Positions 10,001-18,147 of a stretch of 64,000 bases of DNA are shown here, in pieces (within the stretch, counting starts at the first letter, position 1; each line of letters opens with the position of its first letter). The stretch comes from an uncultured Solirubrobacterales bacterium. GTDB lineage: Bacteria; Actinomycetota; Thermoleophilia; Solirubrobacterales; Solirubrobacteraceae. Both the position numbers and the translations under genes were made by a program. Location: positions 2,565,079 through 2,629,078 of the forward strand of contig OY970251.1 of the NCBI GenBank assembly GCA_963715535.1. Direction: 5' to 3'. The notes beneath the pieces were generated by a model. It was not told the origin of the DNA. It did not search any database and saw only the letters and a program-made list of their open reading frames with translations.

Positions 10001-10181
10001 GCTCGAGTGCCTGCCTGAGGCGCCCGGTGAGAAAGACTTCAGACCGGTTGTCACGCCCAAGCGTCCCATCAGGCCCGAGCGTCTCGTGATAGGCGGAGAT
10101 GTGCTCCCAGCCAAGCTCTTCGAACAGCGCGATCGCAGGCTGCTCGACAAGCTCATCCTCGCTATACCGATCCGGCATCAC
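7020..10181 (-). CDS. hsdR: Type I restriction endonuclease subunit R
   Basis: Nuclease motif D..GFINGIPLIFIELK; Walker A HTQGSGKT; DEAHR; FTGTP; TGFD; QTITRANR. Confidence 0.97.
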   Translation of the reverse strand: MMPDRYSEDELVEQPAIALFEELGWEHISAYHETLGPDGTLGRDNRSEVFLTGRLRQALERLNPETPSEAIDDAVNEITKPRTAMHYARANAEIHALLRERVEVPVRQPDGTPIPEKLAVIDWEHPDNNDFLLVSQLWVHSDLYKRRADLVGFINGIPLIFIELKASHKNLKHAYNDNLSDYRDAIPHVFEPNGFIILSNGADTKVGTITSGWEYFSEWKKINSEGEEGVVSLETVIRGMCTKERVLDLVENFLAFQDRPGGLVKLLARNHQYLGVNNTLARMRELRDAPPEECGKLGVFWHTQGSGKTLSMLFFSQKVLRKQPGNWSFVIVTDREDLDEQAHKEFLRSGVLAEEHVRADSTAHLRRLLGEDHRYVFTLIQKFRTEQGEVHPALSDRDDVIVITDEAHRTQYDILALNMRNALPNASFLGFTGTPLIAGEERTREVFGDYVSIYNFAASTADHATVPLYYENRIPQVAIKNPTFADDLTAIVEEADLDETEERQLARALGQQYQLITRDDRLDAVAKDIVEHFLGRGFPGKGLVVSIDKVTAVRTFEKVQQHWKQRLEANEARLKSNGLGPEEHDLLSQEVAFMRSTDMAVVISQSQNEIAEMTAHGIDIKPYRKRIVEEKLEDKFKDPLDPLRLVFVCSMWTTGFDVPSLSTVYLDKPLRNHTLMQTITRANRVFPEKNSGLIVAYVDVFRNLQKALAIYATGGKADEVPIEEKGALVDALKSAIDDLRSFCSSREVDLDQLAKLKGFELVAAGKQTVEMLMADDDEQVAFLARAALVDRLYKAILPDTRANEFSRLRAVAKFLADGIAEYTERPDVSSVMGRVEQLLDDSVAANEYLIPASDANSLFDLGTVDWDGLEAAFRQGRPRTAAQRLRSLLSARIGALVRLNPMRVDLVERFEQLVADYNAGSVNTETFFKELLAFKQDLTEEEARALSEGLDEEQLAIFDLLMRPAPDLSEAEKTQVKQVADKLLSTLKRGKLVLDWRKQQATRAAVRVTVEETLDQLPDAFTRQIYTQKCDAVYQHVFDSYWDDGHSVYELAA

Positions 10182-11446
10182 GCGGCTATCTCCGGCATCG
10201 CAGCGTCGAAATCGGTTACGTCGATCTCCCCAGAGACAAGACGAGGCAGCAGAAGGTCGCGCGTGGCGCGGAGGTTCGCTGTGCTCGTCCCCAGGGTAAC
10301 GGCGAGGACACGGAGCGGGCCGACAACAGCGGCAAACCGTTCTTGAAGTTGCCTAGGTGCAACAACCAACGGCAACCCCGCCAAGACACGTCGATTGAGC
10401 TCGGTTTGACCTGTGCTCCCGACGCCCATCGCCGCGAGGTCTGCTTCGCGAGCGAGCATTGCCAAGCCGAGAAAGTCCGCCGTAACTGTTTCAGGCGCTG
10501 GTCGCACGATAGTCACGTGGGAATCAACCGTGAGGTCGCTAGGCTCGAAGAGCACCTGAGCCACCCGGCCCAGCGTTCCTACGCCCGTCGAATTAACCAG
10601 TATGTCCCCCTGCTGCACCACCTTAGCGATGGGTACCGCAGTCTGGTGACACCGGCCAAGGGCCAAATTGAGCCTCCCATCCCGAATACACTTCTGATTG
10701 ATGACATATCGCTGCGACTGCTCGCTGTATTTCGGGCTCACGCCCCGCGTCACGGTCTCCGTAATGCATGACAGCGGACACACGGTCCATCCCGTTGGGA
10801 TCGGACCCAGATCGGACTTCACGAGCGGCACGCCCTCATGGCCTGGGTAGCGGAAGTCGACGAACCACTCGCGGTAGACTCGCTGCGCCATCTCCTCCAG
10901 GTTCTTGATCCGGCGGTTGTTGTTCTCGACCAGATCGTCGTACGAGCGCAAGATGGCGGCGATCTTGCGCTGCGTCGAGAGCGGGGGGAGGGGTACCACC
11001 ACGTCTTCGATCCGCTTCGGCGCGGTGTGACGCACCTTCGAGCCAGTAGCAGTTGCTTGTATCTGGTTGCGTACCGGCGGGGTGTTGAATAGGTGGTACA
11101 AGAAGTCAAGGTCTACGTCGTCAGACGTAAGCTCGACGAGGCCAATCCGCTGGTTGTGGAGGTACACGTTGTTAACTGGGATCATCGCTGAGCTACCAAG
11201 CAAACCTTGCGATTGCTCCGTCATGGCGACGATTAGATCGCCACGTTGAAGCACGTAGTCGGCGGGAGGCGTCGCTGTGTAGTACTTCTCGACGCCAGAC
11301 TTGTCCTTGAAGCCGCCCGCCTCGACGAAGTTGCCGGGAGTCAAGACTATGTAGTCGCCGCGATCACGGAAATGCTCGCCCTGGAACGCGAACCCGTGCT
11401 TGACACGAAGGTGACATCCGAGGCGCGTTGCTGGCCAGTCAACCAC
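10178..11446 (-). CDS. hsdS: Type I RM specificity subunit S
   Basis: Two TRDs joined by [15 protein letters not shown] and GPIPTGW; ends [17 protein letters not shown] start overlaps the hsdM stop. Confidence 0.93.
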   Translation of the reverse strand: MVDWPATRLGCHLRVKHGFAFQGEHFRDRGDYIVLTPGNFVEAGGFKDKSGVEKYYTATPPADYVLQRGDLIVAMTEQSQGLLGSSAMIPVNNVYLHNQRIGLVELTSDDVDLDFLYHLFNTPPVRNQIQATATGSKVRHTAPKRIEDVVVPLPPLSTQRKIAAILRSYDDLVENNNRRIKNLEEMAQRVYREWFVDFRYPGHEGVPLVKSDLGPIPTGWTVCPLSCITETVTRGVSPKYSEQSQRYVINQKCIRDGRLNLALGRCHQTAVPIAKVVQQGDILVNSTGVGTLGRVAQVLFEPSDLTVDSHVTIVRPAPETVTADFLGLAMLAREADLAAMGVGSTGQTELNRRVLAGLPLVVAPRQLQERFAAVVGPLRVLAVTLGTSTANLRATRDLLLPRLVSGEIDVTDFDAAMPEIAA

Positions 11447-13040
11447 CCAGCAGCTCCGCGACGTTCGAAACAATCTGCCCCTGTAGGACAGCAGCTTCGC
11501 TGCTGAGCTTCTCCAACTCCTCATTGAGCTCCTCGAGCCGCACGCAAAAGTCGATCCCGTCCTCCTCAGCTGCAGCTACTCCTACGTACCGGCCGGGGTT
11601 GAGGCTCCAGCTTTGCTTCTCGATCTCACTGAGCGTTGTCACACGGCACAGTCCTGGCACGTCCACGTAGTCACCATCTGGAAACGACGCGTCCATCAGG
11701 TCCAACGAGCCATCCGCCGTCTCCCATTCCTCCCCGCGATACAGCCGCACGATATTCGACAGAAACTCGATTTGCTCTGGCGGCCAGTCGCGATGTGCCC
11801 GATCGATCTGACGGAAGATCTTGCGCGCGTCGATGAACAGCACCATGTCCTCGCGGCTCGTGCCGCGCTTTCCGCGGTCGAGAAACCACAGTGTGACGGG
11901 CAAAGTCACCGTGTAGAAGAAGTTGGAGGCCACGGCAACGATGACATCGACCGCCTTCTCAGCGATGAGCTTCTTGCGGATCTCGAGCTCCGAGTTGCCA
12001 GCGTCGGCCGCAGAATTAGCCATCACAAACCCGGCCTGGCCCTGTTCGTTGAGCGCCGAGTAGAACGCTTGAATCCAGATGTAGTTGGCGTTGTCCGCTT
12101 TCGGCAAACCAAACGGGAAGCGCTTGTCGCCCTCGAGCTTGGCCCTGTCGACCTTGTTGACGTTGAATGGCGGGTTGGCCATCACGTAGTCGAACTGGCC
12201 AGGGGTGTTGAACGGATCCTCGTAGTAGGTGTTGGCCTGGCTGATCTGTCCCTCGAGGCCATGAACAGCGAGGTTCATCTTGCACAATCTGAGGGTCTCG
12301 TCAACCCGCTCCTGCCCGTAGATCGATAGCGGGCCGGTGTTGCCGTTGCGATGCTGTTCGATAAAGCGAGCGCTTTGGACGAACATGCCGCCTGATCCGC
12401 AGGCGGGGTCAAGGATCTTGCCGTTGAAGGGCTCGACTATCTCGACGATCAGCCTGACGATCGGCGTTGGCGTGAAGTATTCGCCGCCCTTGCCTTCGGC
12501 GAGCGCGAACTTACCGAGGAAGTACTCGTAGACCTTGCCAAAAGCGTCGCCCTCGATGTCGCCAAGGATCGAGTTGACCGACCGCAGGAGGCTGACTAGC
12601 GTATCGTTGCTCAGCGACTGGTATGTGCGAGGCAAGATGCCCGCGAGCGCCGCGTTCTCGGTTTCGATCGCGGCCATCGCATCGTTGATCGCCTTGCCGA
12701 GGTTCTCGCCCTCTCTCAGGTCCAGCAGGTTTGCGAAGCGGGCCTCCGTGGGAAGGTAGAGGACCCCCTTGGCCTGATAGTCGGCCTTGCCGATCACCCG
12801 ACGCCCCGACTTCTTCCCCGCGAGCTCGGTCTCCAGCTCGGTGAAGCGGCTGTCGGCGAACTTCAGGAAGATCAGGCCGAGCACTGGAACGGAATATTCG
12901 CTCGCCTTCAAATGCGAATTGGCGCGCAGCTCATCCGCCGTTTCCCAGAGCCGGTCGGCGATGGTGTAGATGTCGGTCTTGGAAGGCTGCGCACCGGTCG
13001 GATGCGGCCCTCGACCCCTGATTCCGTTTCGGCTGGCCAT
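11439..13040 (-). CDS. hsdM: Type I RM m6A methyltransferase subunit M
   Basis: [25 protein letters not shown] and NPPF motifs; AAGGA RBS before ATG 13040. Confidence 0.97.
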   Translation of the reverse strand: MASRNGIRGRGPHPTGAQPSKTDIYTIADRLWETADELRANSHLKASEYSVPVLGLIFLKFADSRFTELETELAGKKSGRRVIGKADYQAKGVLYLPTEARFANLLDLREGENLGKAINDAMAAIETENAALAGILPRTYQSLSNDTLVSLLRSVNSILGDIEGDAFGKVYEYFLGKFALAEGKGGEYFTPTPIVRLIVEIVEPFNGKILDPACGSGGMFVQSARFIEQHRNGNTGPLSIYGQERVDETLRLCKMNLAVHGLEGQISQANTYYEDPFNTPGQFDYVMANPPFNVNKVDRAKLEGDKRFPFGLPKADNANYIWIQAFYSALNEQGQAGFVMANSAADAGNSELEIRKKLIAEKAVDVIVAVASNFFYTVTLPVTLWFLDRGKRGTSREDMVLFIDARKIFRQIDRAHRDWPPEQIEFLSNIVRLYRGEEWETADGSLDLMDASFPDGDYVDVPGLCRVTTLSEIEKQSWSLNPGRYVGVAAAEEDGIDFCVRLEELNEELEKLSSEAAVLQGQIVSNVAELLGG

Positions 13041-13199
13041 CAGTTGGTTCCTTGCTCGCGTCAACTTCGTCGCCCGTGGGGCCTGTTGACCCGCGCGTAT
13101 CCTAGATGCACCAAGGATTCGTGCGATGCCGGAGCATCGTATAGCGTGCGTTCGTCGATGTCTGTTGGCGCCTGAGGAGCAATCTGTCCGGTCGGGTGA

Positions 13200-13213
13200 C
13201 GAACATGTGTTCG
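13200..13213. promoter_or_regulatory. LexA SOS (Cheo) box CGAAC-ATGT-GTTCG
   Basis: Exact match to the Gram-positive consensus CGAAC-N4-GTTCG, with arms extending to GTGACGAAC/GTTCGTCAC (13196-13217). Lies between divergent hsdM and DUF5131. Confidence 0.75.
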
Positions 13214-13214
13214 T

Positions 13215-13238
13215 CACGGCCCTACACACGGCCCTACA
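13215..13238. repeat. Tandem 12-bp direct repeat CACGGCCCTACA x2
   Basis: Two exact copies at 13215-13226 and 13227-13238. Confidence 0.8.
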
Positions 13239-13280
13239 GAGAGCTGAACATGGACACGGCGACTAGGCTGGTGGACTGGT

Positions 13281-14024
13281 ATGGCTGACAACAGCGCAAT
13301 CGAGTGGACGGAGGCGACTTGGAACCCGGTGACGGGTTGCGACAAGGTCTCGCGGGGCTGCGCGCACTGCTACGCGGAGACGTTCGCGGAGCGCTGGCGT
13401 GGGATCCCGGGGCATCCTTACGAGCAGGGGTTTGCGCTCACGCTCTGGCCAGGGCGGCTGGAGCAGCCGTTGAAGTGGTCTCGGCCGCGGATGATCTTCG
13501 TCAACTCGATGAGCGACCTCTTCCATGAGGAGATTCCCGACGCCTACATCGAGCAGGTCTTCGAGGTTATGGTTCAGGCCCATTGGCACACGTTCCAGAT
13601 CTTGACCAAGCGTCACGAGTCCCTGGCCGACCTGGCGCCATCTCTGCCGTGGCATCCGAATGTCTGGATGGGAGTCTCGATCGAGAACCGTCGGTTCGTG
13701 CATCGCGCGGACTACCTTCGAGAGGTCCCCGCAGCCGTCCGCTTCATCTCGGCCGAGCCCCTGCTCGGGTCGCTCGAAGGACTCGACTTGACGGGCATCG
13801 ACTGGCTGATCGCCGGGGGCGAGTCCGGCCAACGCCATCGCCGTTGCAGCCCAGCATGGGTACACGATCTGCGCGACCGCTGCGTCGAGGAGGAAGTTGC
13901 GTTCTTCTTCAAGCAATGGGGCGGCCGAACCTCGAAGGCCGGAGGGCGGCTGTTGGATGGCAAGACGTATGACGCAATGCCAGAACTCCCTCGCCGCGAT
14001 GATCTAGTCCTGGCTGCCGTTTAG
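13281..14024 (+). CDS. DUF5131 / phage Gp37Gp68 family three-Cys-motif radical-SAM-like protein
   Basis: SAIEWTEATWNPVTGCDKVSRGCAHCYA, FVNSMSDLFH, LTKR, SAEPLLG, GGESG and FFFKQWGG motifs. Confidence 0.95.
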   Translation: MADNSAIEWTEATWNPVTGCDKVSRGCAHCYAETFAERWRGIPGHPYEQGFALTLWPGRLEQPLKWSRPRMIFVNSMSDLFHEEIPDAYIEQVFEVMVQAHWHTFQILTKRHESLADLAPSLPWHPNVWMGVSIENRRFVHRADYLREVPAAVRFISAEPLLGSLEGLDLTGIDWLIAGGESGQRHRRCSPAWVHDLRDRCVEEEVAFFFKQWGGRTSKAGGRLLDGKTYDAMPELPRRDDLVLAAV

Positions 14025-14903
14025 TCGACGTTTGCGGGGGCCGCTCTTCATGTCGAACAGCGTGGCCTGACCGAGCTCCTCCTGGACGCGCAATCGCACG
14101 CGGTCGAACACAGAGTCCATGATCCGCTCGCCTGCCACGTTGCCGGTTGCGAAGATCAGGAAGTACATCGGCTGGCCGCTCGCCTTCTTGATCTGACGAT
14201 CGAGCACGGTCTTATAGCCCAAGCCCTTGAGGCCGTCCCCATGCATACGCACGTACTCACCGCGAGCCTGCTCGGCGCTGATCCCACCCCTCTCGCGCCG
14301 CTCGTAGATGTCTTTCCAGTTCTCGTGTCCGAAGATCCGTGTCACAAGCTCCGGATAGTCCGGCGCCAGCCGTACGAACCCCATATCCGTCGGGAACAGG
14401 ATCAGCTGCTCGATCTTGTTTGGGCTGTGTCCACGCTTATGGTCGGCGAGAGCTTCAACTGTCGGCCACGCCAACTACGATCCCTCGGGGTCCAGGAACG
14501 CAAATGCTGGAGCCCGGCGCGGGACGAGCGCGAGCATGTCCGCGACGATCTCGTTGGCGTCGGCGTTGAATCGCGCAACTCGATTGCCATAGCGCTGTGT
14601 CCGATGCTCAAGCGCCTTGGAGGAAGCTGCATTCTGCTCAGCGACGATGACCTTGGTCGCCTTGGGCGAGCCCGCATCGAGAGCAATCAGCGCCGAGCCA
14701 GCTATTTCCGTCCCACGAGTCTTTGACCAGGTGAGCCCTGTCCCAGCAAACAGATCAAAGTCATACCAGCCGCCGGCTTTCGCACACGCTTTGGCAAACG
14801 ATTTCAGATAGGCGTCGAGGATCATCAGCTTCTCCTCGGTCCACGACGCCGCGTCGCGTGCCCGGTAGCCATCGGCAGCTTTGTGAGAGGTGGCCTTTGC
14901 CAT
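14004..14903 (-). pseudogene. tcmP: Three-Cys-motif partner protein TcmP, interrupted by an in-frame TAG at 14475-14477
   Basis: WTEEKL..L..YL, DLFAGTG, GSALIAL and AFLDPEG motifs. The frame continues after the stop (LAWPTVEAL...YFLIFAT). Confidence 0.85.
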
Positions 14904-14985
14904 GCCGGAGATGACTGTAGGGGGAGCTTCGGCTATCTCCCATCTTCTCCTCCGCTGAACTTGGCGCGAGGCGTACCATGATGCG

Positions 14986-16431
14986 GTGGCTCTACCCGTG
15001 TGGCTCCAAACCCTCCGGACGCGCTTGCCCGAAGAGCGAACGCGCTGGGTTCCGCTGACTGGTTCGGGCAGCGGGAACCTCGGCAAGATCGATCACATCG
15101 TAGTTCTGATGATGGAGAATCGCTCCTTCGACCACATGCTGGGCTACCTGAAGTTGAACGATGTCATGCCCGAGGTGGAGGGACTGGAGGCGAGCATGGT
15201 TAACGAGTACGACGGGCGCTCATACCCCGTGCATCCGCTCGGTCGCGCGGGCTTGGAAGGGTTCAATCCCGAACACGGCGGTACTCATGTCGATCGCCAG
15301 CTCGGGAACCACAACGGCGGCTTCGTGGCTGATTTCGCCGCCACTCATCCGAGCGCCAACCCAGGACTCGTGATGGGCTACTACGACGGCCGCGAACTAC
15401 CCGTATACGACCACCTCGCCCGCAACTACTGCGTGTGCGACCACTGGTTCAGCTCCGTTCCCGGCGCGACCTGGCCGAACCGACTGTTCTCGATCACCGC
15501 CGGCGCCGAAAGCCGCGAGGATCGCTCTCCGCCGATCTACGCCAGGCGCTCATTCGTGCGCGAGCTGGAACGAGCGAGCCCGCCCGTCACCTGGTGCTGG
15601 TACTCCTACTTCCCCGGCAGCCTGCGCATGATCGACCCGAAGTACCGCCTGTCCCATCACGATCACTTCGCCTACGTTAACAGGCGCGCCCCTGAATTCA
15701 CACCCACCAAGAAAGGGCGAATGTTCAGAGACGCAGTCGATGTCGGAGACCTGCTTCTCCACGAGGATGCATGCTTCCTGGACCACGCCGCAGCCGGCAC
15801 CCTGCCCCAGGTCTCCTGGATCGACCCCAACTTTCAGGAACCGACCGGCTACACCCACCCCTCGAACGACGATCACCCGCCGTCGGACATCCGACCCGGT
15901 CAGGAGCTCGTGCTGATGATCTACCGCGCGCTGATCAGCAATCAACGCGCGTGGGAACGCACCATGCTGGTGGTCACCTATGACGAGCACGGGGGTCTGT
16001 ACGACCATGTCCCGCCGCCGATGCGCCCGCAAGACGAGCCGCCGTTCAACCGCCTGGGGGTTCGCGTGCCGGCGCTTGTCGTCTCGCCCTGGGCCACGCG
16101 TGGCGTGTGCAGGCAGCAGTTCGATCACACCTCGATCATCAAGACGATCCTCACCCGCTTCTGCCAGGTGGACGGCAAGATCCCAGACATGGGCCTGCGC
16201 ACCACCGAAGCCGCCGATCTCGGCTATGCCCTGACTGCGTCCGAACCCCAACCCACGCCATCGATCGAGGAGATGGTGAGCGCGGTCGCCGCCTGGCAGG
16301 CCGTCGATTCCGGCAAGCCAGCGCTGGGCGCGCCGCTGCGCTCAGCCGAAAAGCTCGACGAGTTCAGGAGCGGGATTGTGACCGCATCACGTCATCTCCG
16401 CCGCAGAGGGCTCCAGGACAGGCGACCCTGA
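14986..16431 (+). CDS. Phosphoesterase / phospholipase C family protein
   Basis: IDHIVVLMMENRSFDH, TWPNR, DDHP, YDEHGG.YDHV, LGVRVP and FDHTSI motifs. Confidence 0.92.
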   Translation: MALPVWLQTLRTRLPEERTRWVPLTGSGSGNLGKIDHIVVLMMENRSFDHMLGYLKLNDVMPEVEGLEASMVNEYDGRSYPVHPLGRAGLEGFNPEHGGTHVDRQLGNHNGGFVADFAATHPSANPGLVMGYYDGRELPVYDHLARNYCVCDHWFSSVPGATWPNRLFSITAGAESREDRSPPIYARRSFVRELERASPPVTWCWYSYFPGSLRMIDPKYRLSHHDHFAYVNRRAPEFTPTKKGRMFRDAVDVGDLLLHEDACFLDHAAAGTLPQVSWIDPNFQEPTGYTHPSNDDHPPSDIRPGQELVLMIYRALISNQRAWERTMLVVTYDEHGGLYDHVPPPMRPQDEPPFNRLGVRVPALVVSPWATRGVCRQQFDHTSIIKTILTRFCQVDGKIPDMGLRTTEAADLGYALTASEPQPTPSIEEMVSAVAAWQAVDSGKPALGAPLRSAEKLDEFRSGIVTASRHLRRRGLQDRRP

Positions 16432-16641
16432 GCCGACCAGCTGAGCGTCTCGGCCGCCTTGCGGTCACGATGACGCCGGCCCAGCCCAGACCCGATCCGT
16501 CGTCCACGACGCCATCTGAGCCGCATCGGCGATACCGCGTCACGCCATCCTGTCAGCCGTTACCGGCCTGTCGCAAAACCGTTCCCTTGCGGCGGGCTCG
16601 GCACCCCGATCGCTTCGCTCCAACGGCCAGAACAGACTAGA

Positions 16642-18047
16642 TGTGTTCGTTCTCGTGTCAAGTGAGACGCCGTGTGCTTGTAGGTTGTGAGACGGTTTAT
16701 CCGTCTCATTTGATGTGTGTCTGTCTAGAAGCCTCTCCTTCGTTGGCTGCCGAGGGGTTGGTAGCGTTTGCTGTAGTCGGGTGCCAGGACGCGGATGAGC
16801 TGCTGGTCGAGATAGACGTGGATCAACGCGCCGGTCTCGACGACGCGGAGGCGCGCACCGACATACTCGATCGGTAGCGCGATCGCGAGACCGGCGTAGG
16901 AGAACACGCCGGTCTTTGAGACCTTGCGGATCAGCGAATGCGGCGGGTAGAGAGGGTCCTTCCGCGGCTCGCTGGTTGCGAGATCGGTGCCGACAGGAGC
17001 GGTGGGCGTGTAGCGCTCGGCGGGCGTGAGATCGCCGAGCGCCTGGTGCGGGCGCTCGGTGTTGTAGTGGCCCTGGAAGCGCCCGAGCAGGAGCTGCAGG
17101 TGCTCGAGGTCGACGGCGGGGCCTTCTTCGGCGAGCCATTCCTTCATCGTGCGGTGGAAGCGCTCGAGCTTCCCGAGCGTCTGCGGGTGCGCGGGCGCCG
17201 AGTTGATCATCTGCACGCCGAGCGCGGCGAGCTTGCGCTCGAAGGCGACCTCGTGCCCGTGCAGCCGGCCGGTGAAGATCGCGCCGTTGTCGGAGAGCAG
17301 CTGCCTGGGTGTTCCGTGCAGGCTGGCAGCGGCGGTGAAGGATTCCCAGGCGAGCTCGCCGGTGGCCCGCGCGCCGGCGCGGATCGCGAGCAGGTAGCGG
17401 GCGTGATCGTCGAGCACGTCGATAGCCCAGCCGTGCCCGCCGCCCGCGAGCGGAACCTGGGTGGCGTCGATCTGCCACAGATCGTTGGCGAGCGGCCGCT
17501 CGAAGCGCAGCTTCGCCGTTGCTTTGCGGGGCGGCTGTGGGGCTATCAGGTGGTTGCGCTTCAGCGCCCTGTTGACCGTCGAGACCGCCGGCGCATCGAC
17601 ACCGGCGCGCAACAGCTCGGCTCGAATCCGCCGCGCACCCCAGCGCGGGCGGCGCCTGCGCAGCGCGCAGATCATCGCCTCGAGCTCGGCGTCGATCTGG
17701 CCGGGAGAGCTGCGCGGAGCCCGGGAGCGCGACACGAGCCCTGCCTCGCCTTCCCGCAGGTATCTGGCGCGGTACCGGTAGAAGCTCGCACGCGATACGC
17801 CGCGTCTGCGGCACACCTCAGCCACCGAGTCGCCCGTGCGCTCGGGTTCCAACAGCAACTCCAACTTCAGATCCTCCATCGAGACCACCTTCAACGCCAC
17901 GCTGACCTCCGTCGCTAGCCATCACGAACGGAAGCCAGACTGATCCACCGCGGCGTCTCAGAAGTCCCGAGAACGTCTCAAATGAGTCGAGAACGCTGTC
18001 ACGCATGAGTCGAGAACGATCTGTCGCACATCTCCCCGACTCTTACA
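16642..18047 (-). mobile_element. IS481-family insertion sequence
   Basis: TGT at both putative ends. Subterminal CGTTCTCG-N7-TGAGACG boxes: one at the left end and three inverted at the right end. No TSD seen; the left end could be 16644. Confidence 0.8.
16725..17900 (-). CDS. IS481 family DDE transposase
   Basis: HTH, WGARRI, RFER..NDLWQID, LDDHAR, LSDNG, HPQTLGKLERFH and YNTERPHQAL motifs. Confidence 0.95.
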   Translation of the reverse strand: MALKVVSMEDLKLELLLEPERTGDSVAEVCRRRGVSRASFYRYRARYLREGEAGLVSRSRAPRSSPGQIDAELEAMICALRRRRPRWGARRIRAELLRAGVDAPAVSTVNRALKRNHLIAPQPPRKATAKLRFERPLANDLWQIDATQVPLAGGGHGWAIDVLDDHARYLLAIRAGARATGELAWESFTAAASLHGTPRQLLSDNGAIFTGRLHGHEVAFERKLAALGVQMINSAPAHPQTLGKLERFHRTMKEWLAEEGPAVDLEHLQLLLGRFQGHYNTERPHQALGDLTPAERYTPTAPVGTDLATSEPRKDPLYPPHSLIRKVSKTGVFSYAGLAIALPIEYVGARLRVVETGALIHVYLDQQLIRVLAPDYSKRYQPLGSQRRRGF

Positions 18048-18070
18048 CGCCCAAAGCAGTACAGACAACA

Positions 18071-18145
18071 TGCACGGCTGTGCCGTCGCACAGCGAGCGC
18101 TGTGCAAATTCGTTGGCCGCTCCGCCGTGCTGACGGTCATTAACC
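18071..18145. promoter_or_regulatory. Candidate oriT / relaxase promoter region
   Basis: Alternating inverted repeats GCTGTGC-N4-GCACAGC-N4-GCTGTGC (18077-18105) directly upstream of the relaxase. Confidence 0.4.
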
Positions 18146-18147
18146 AT

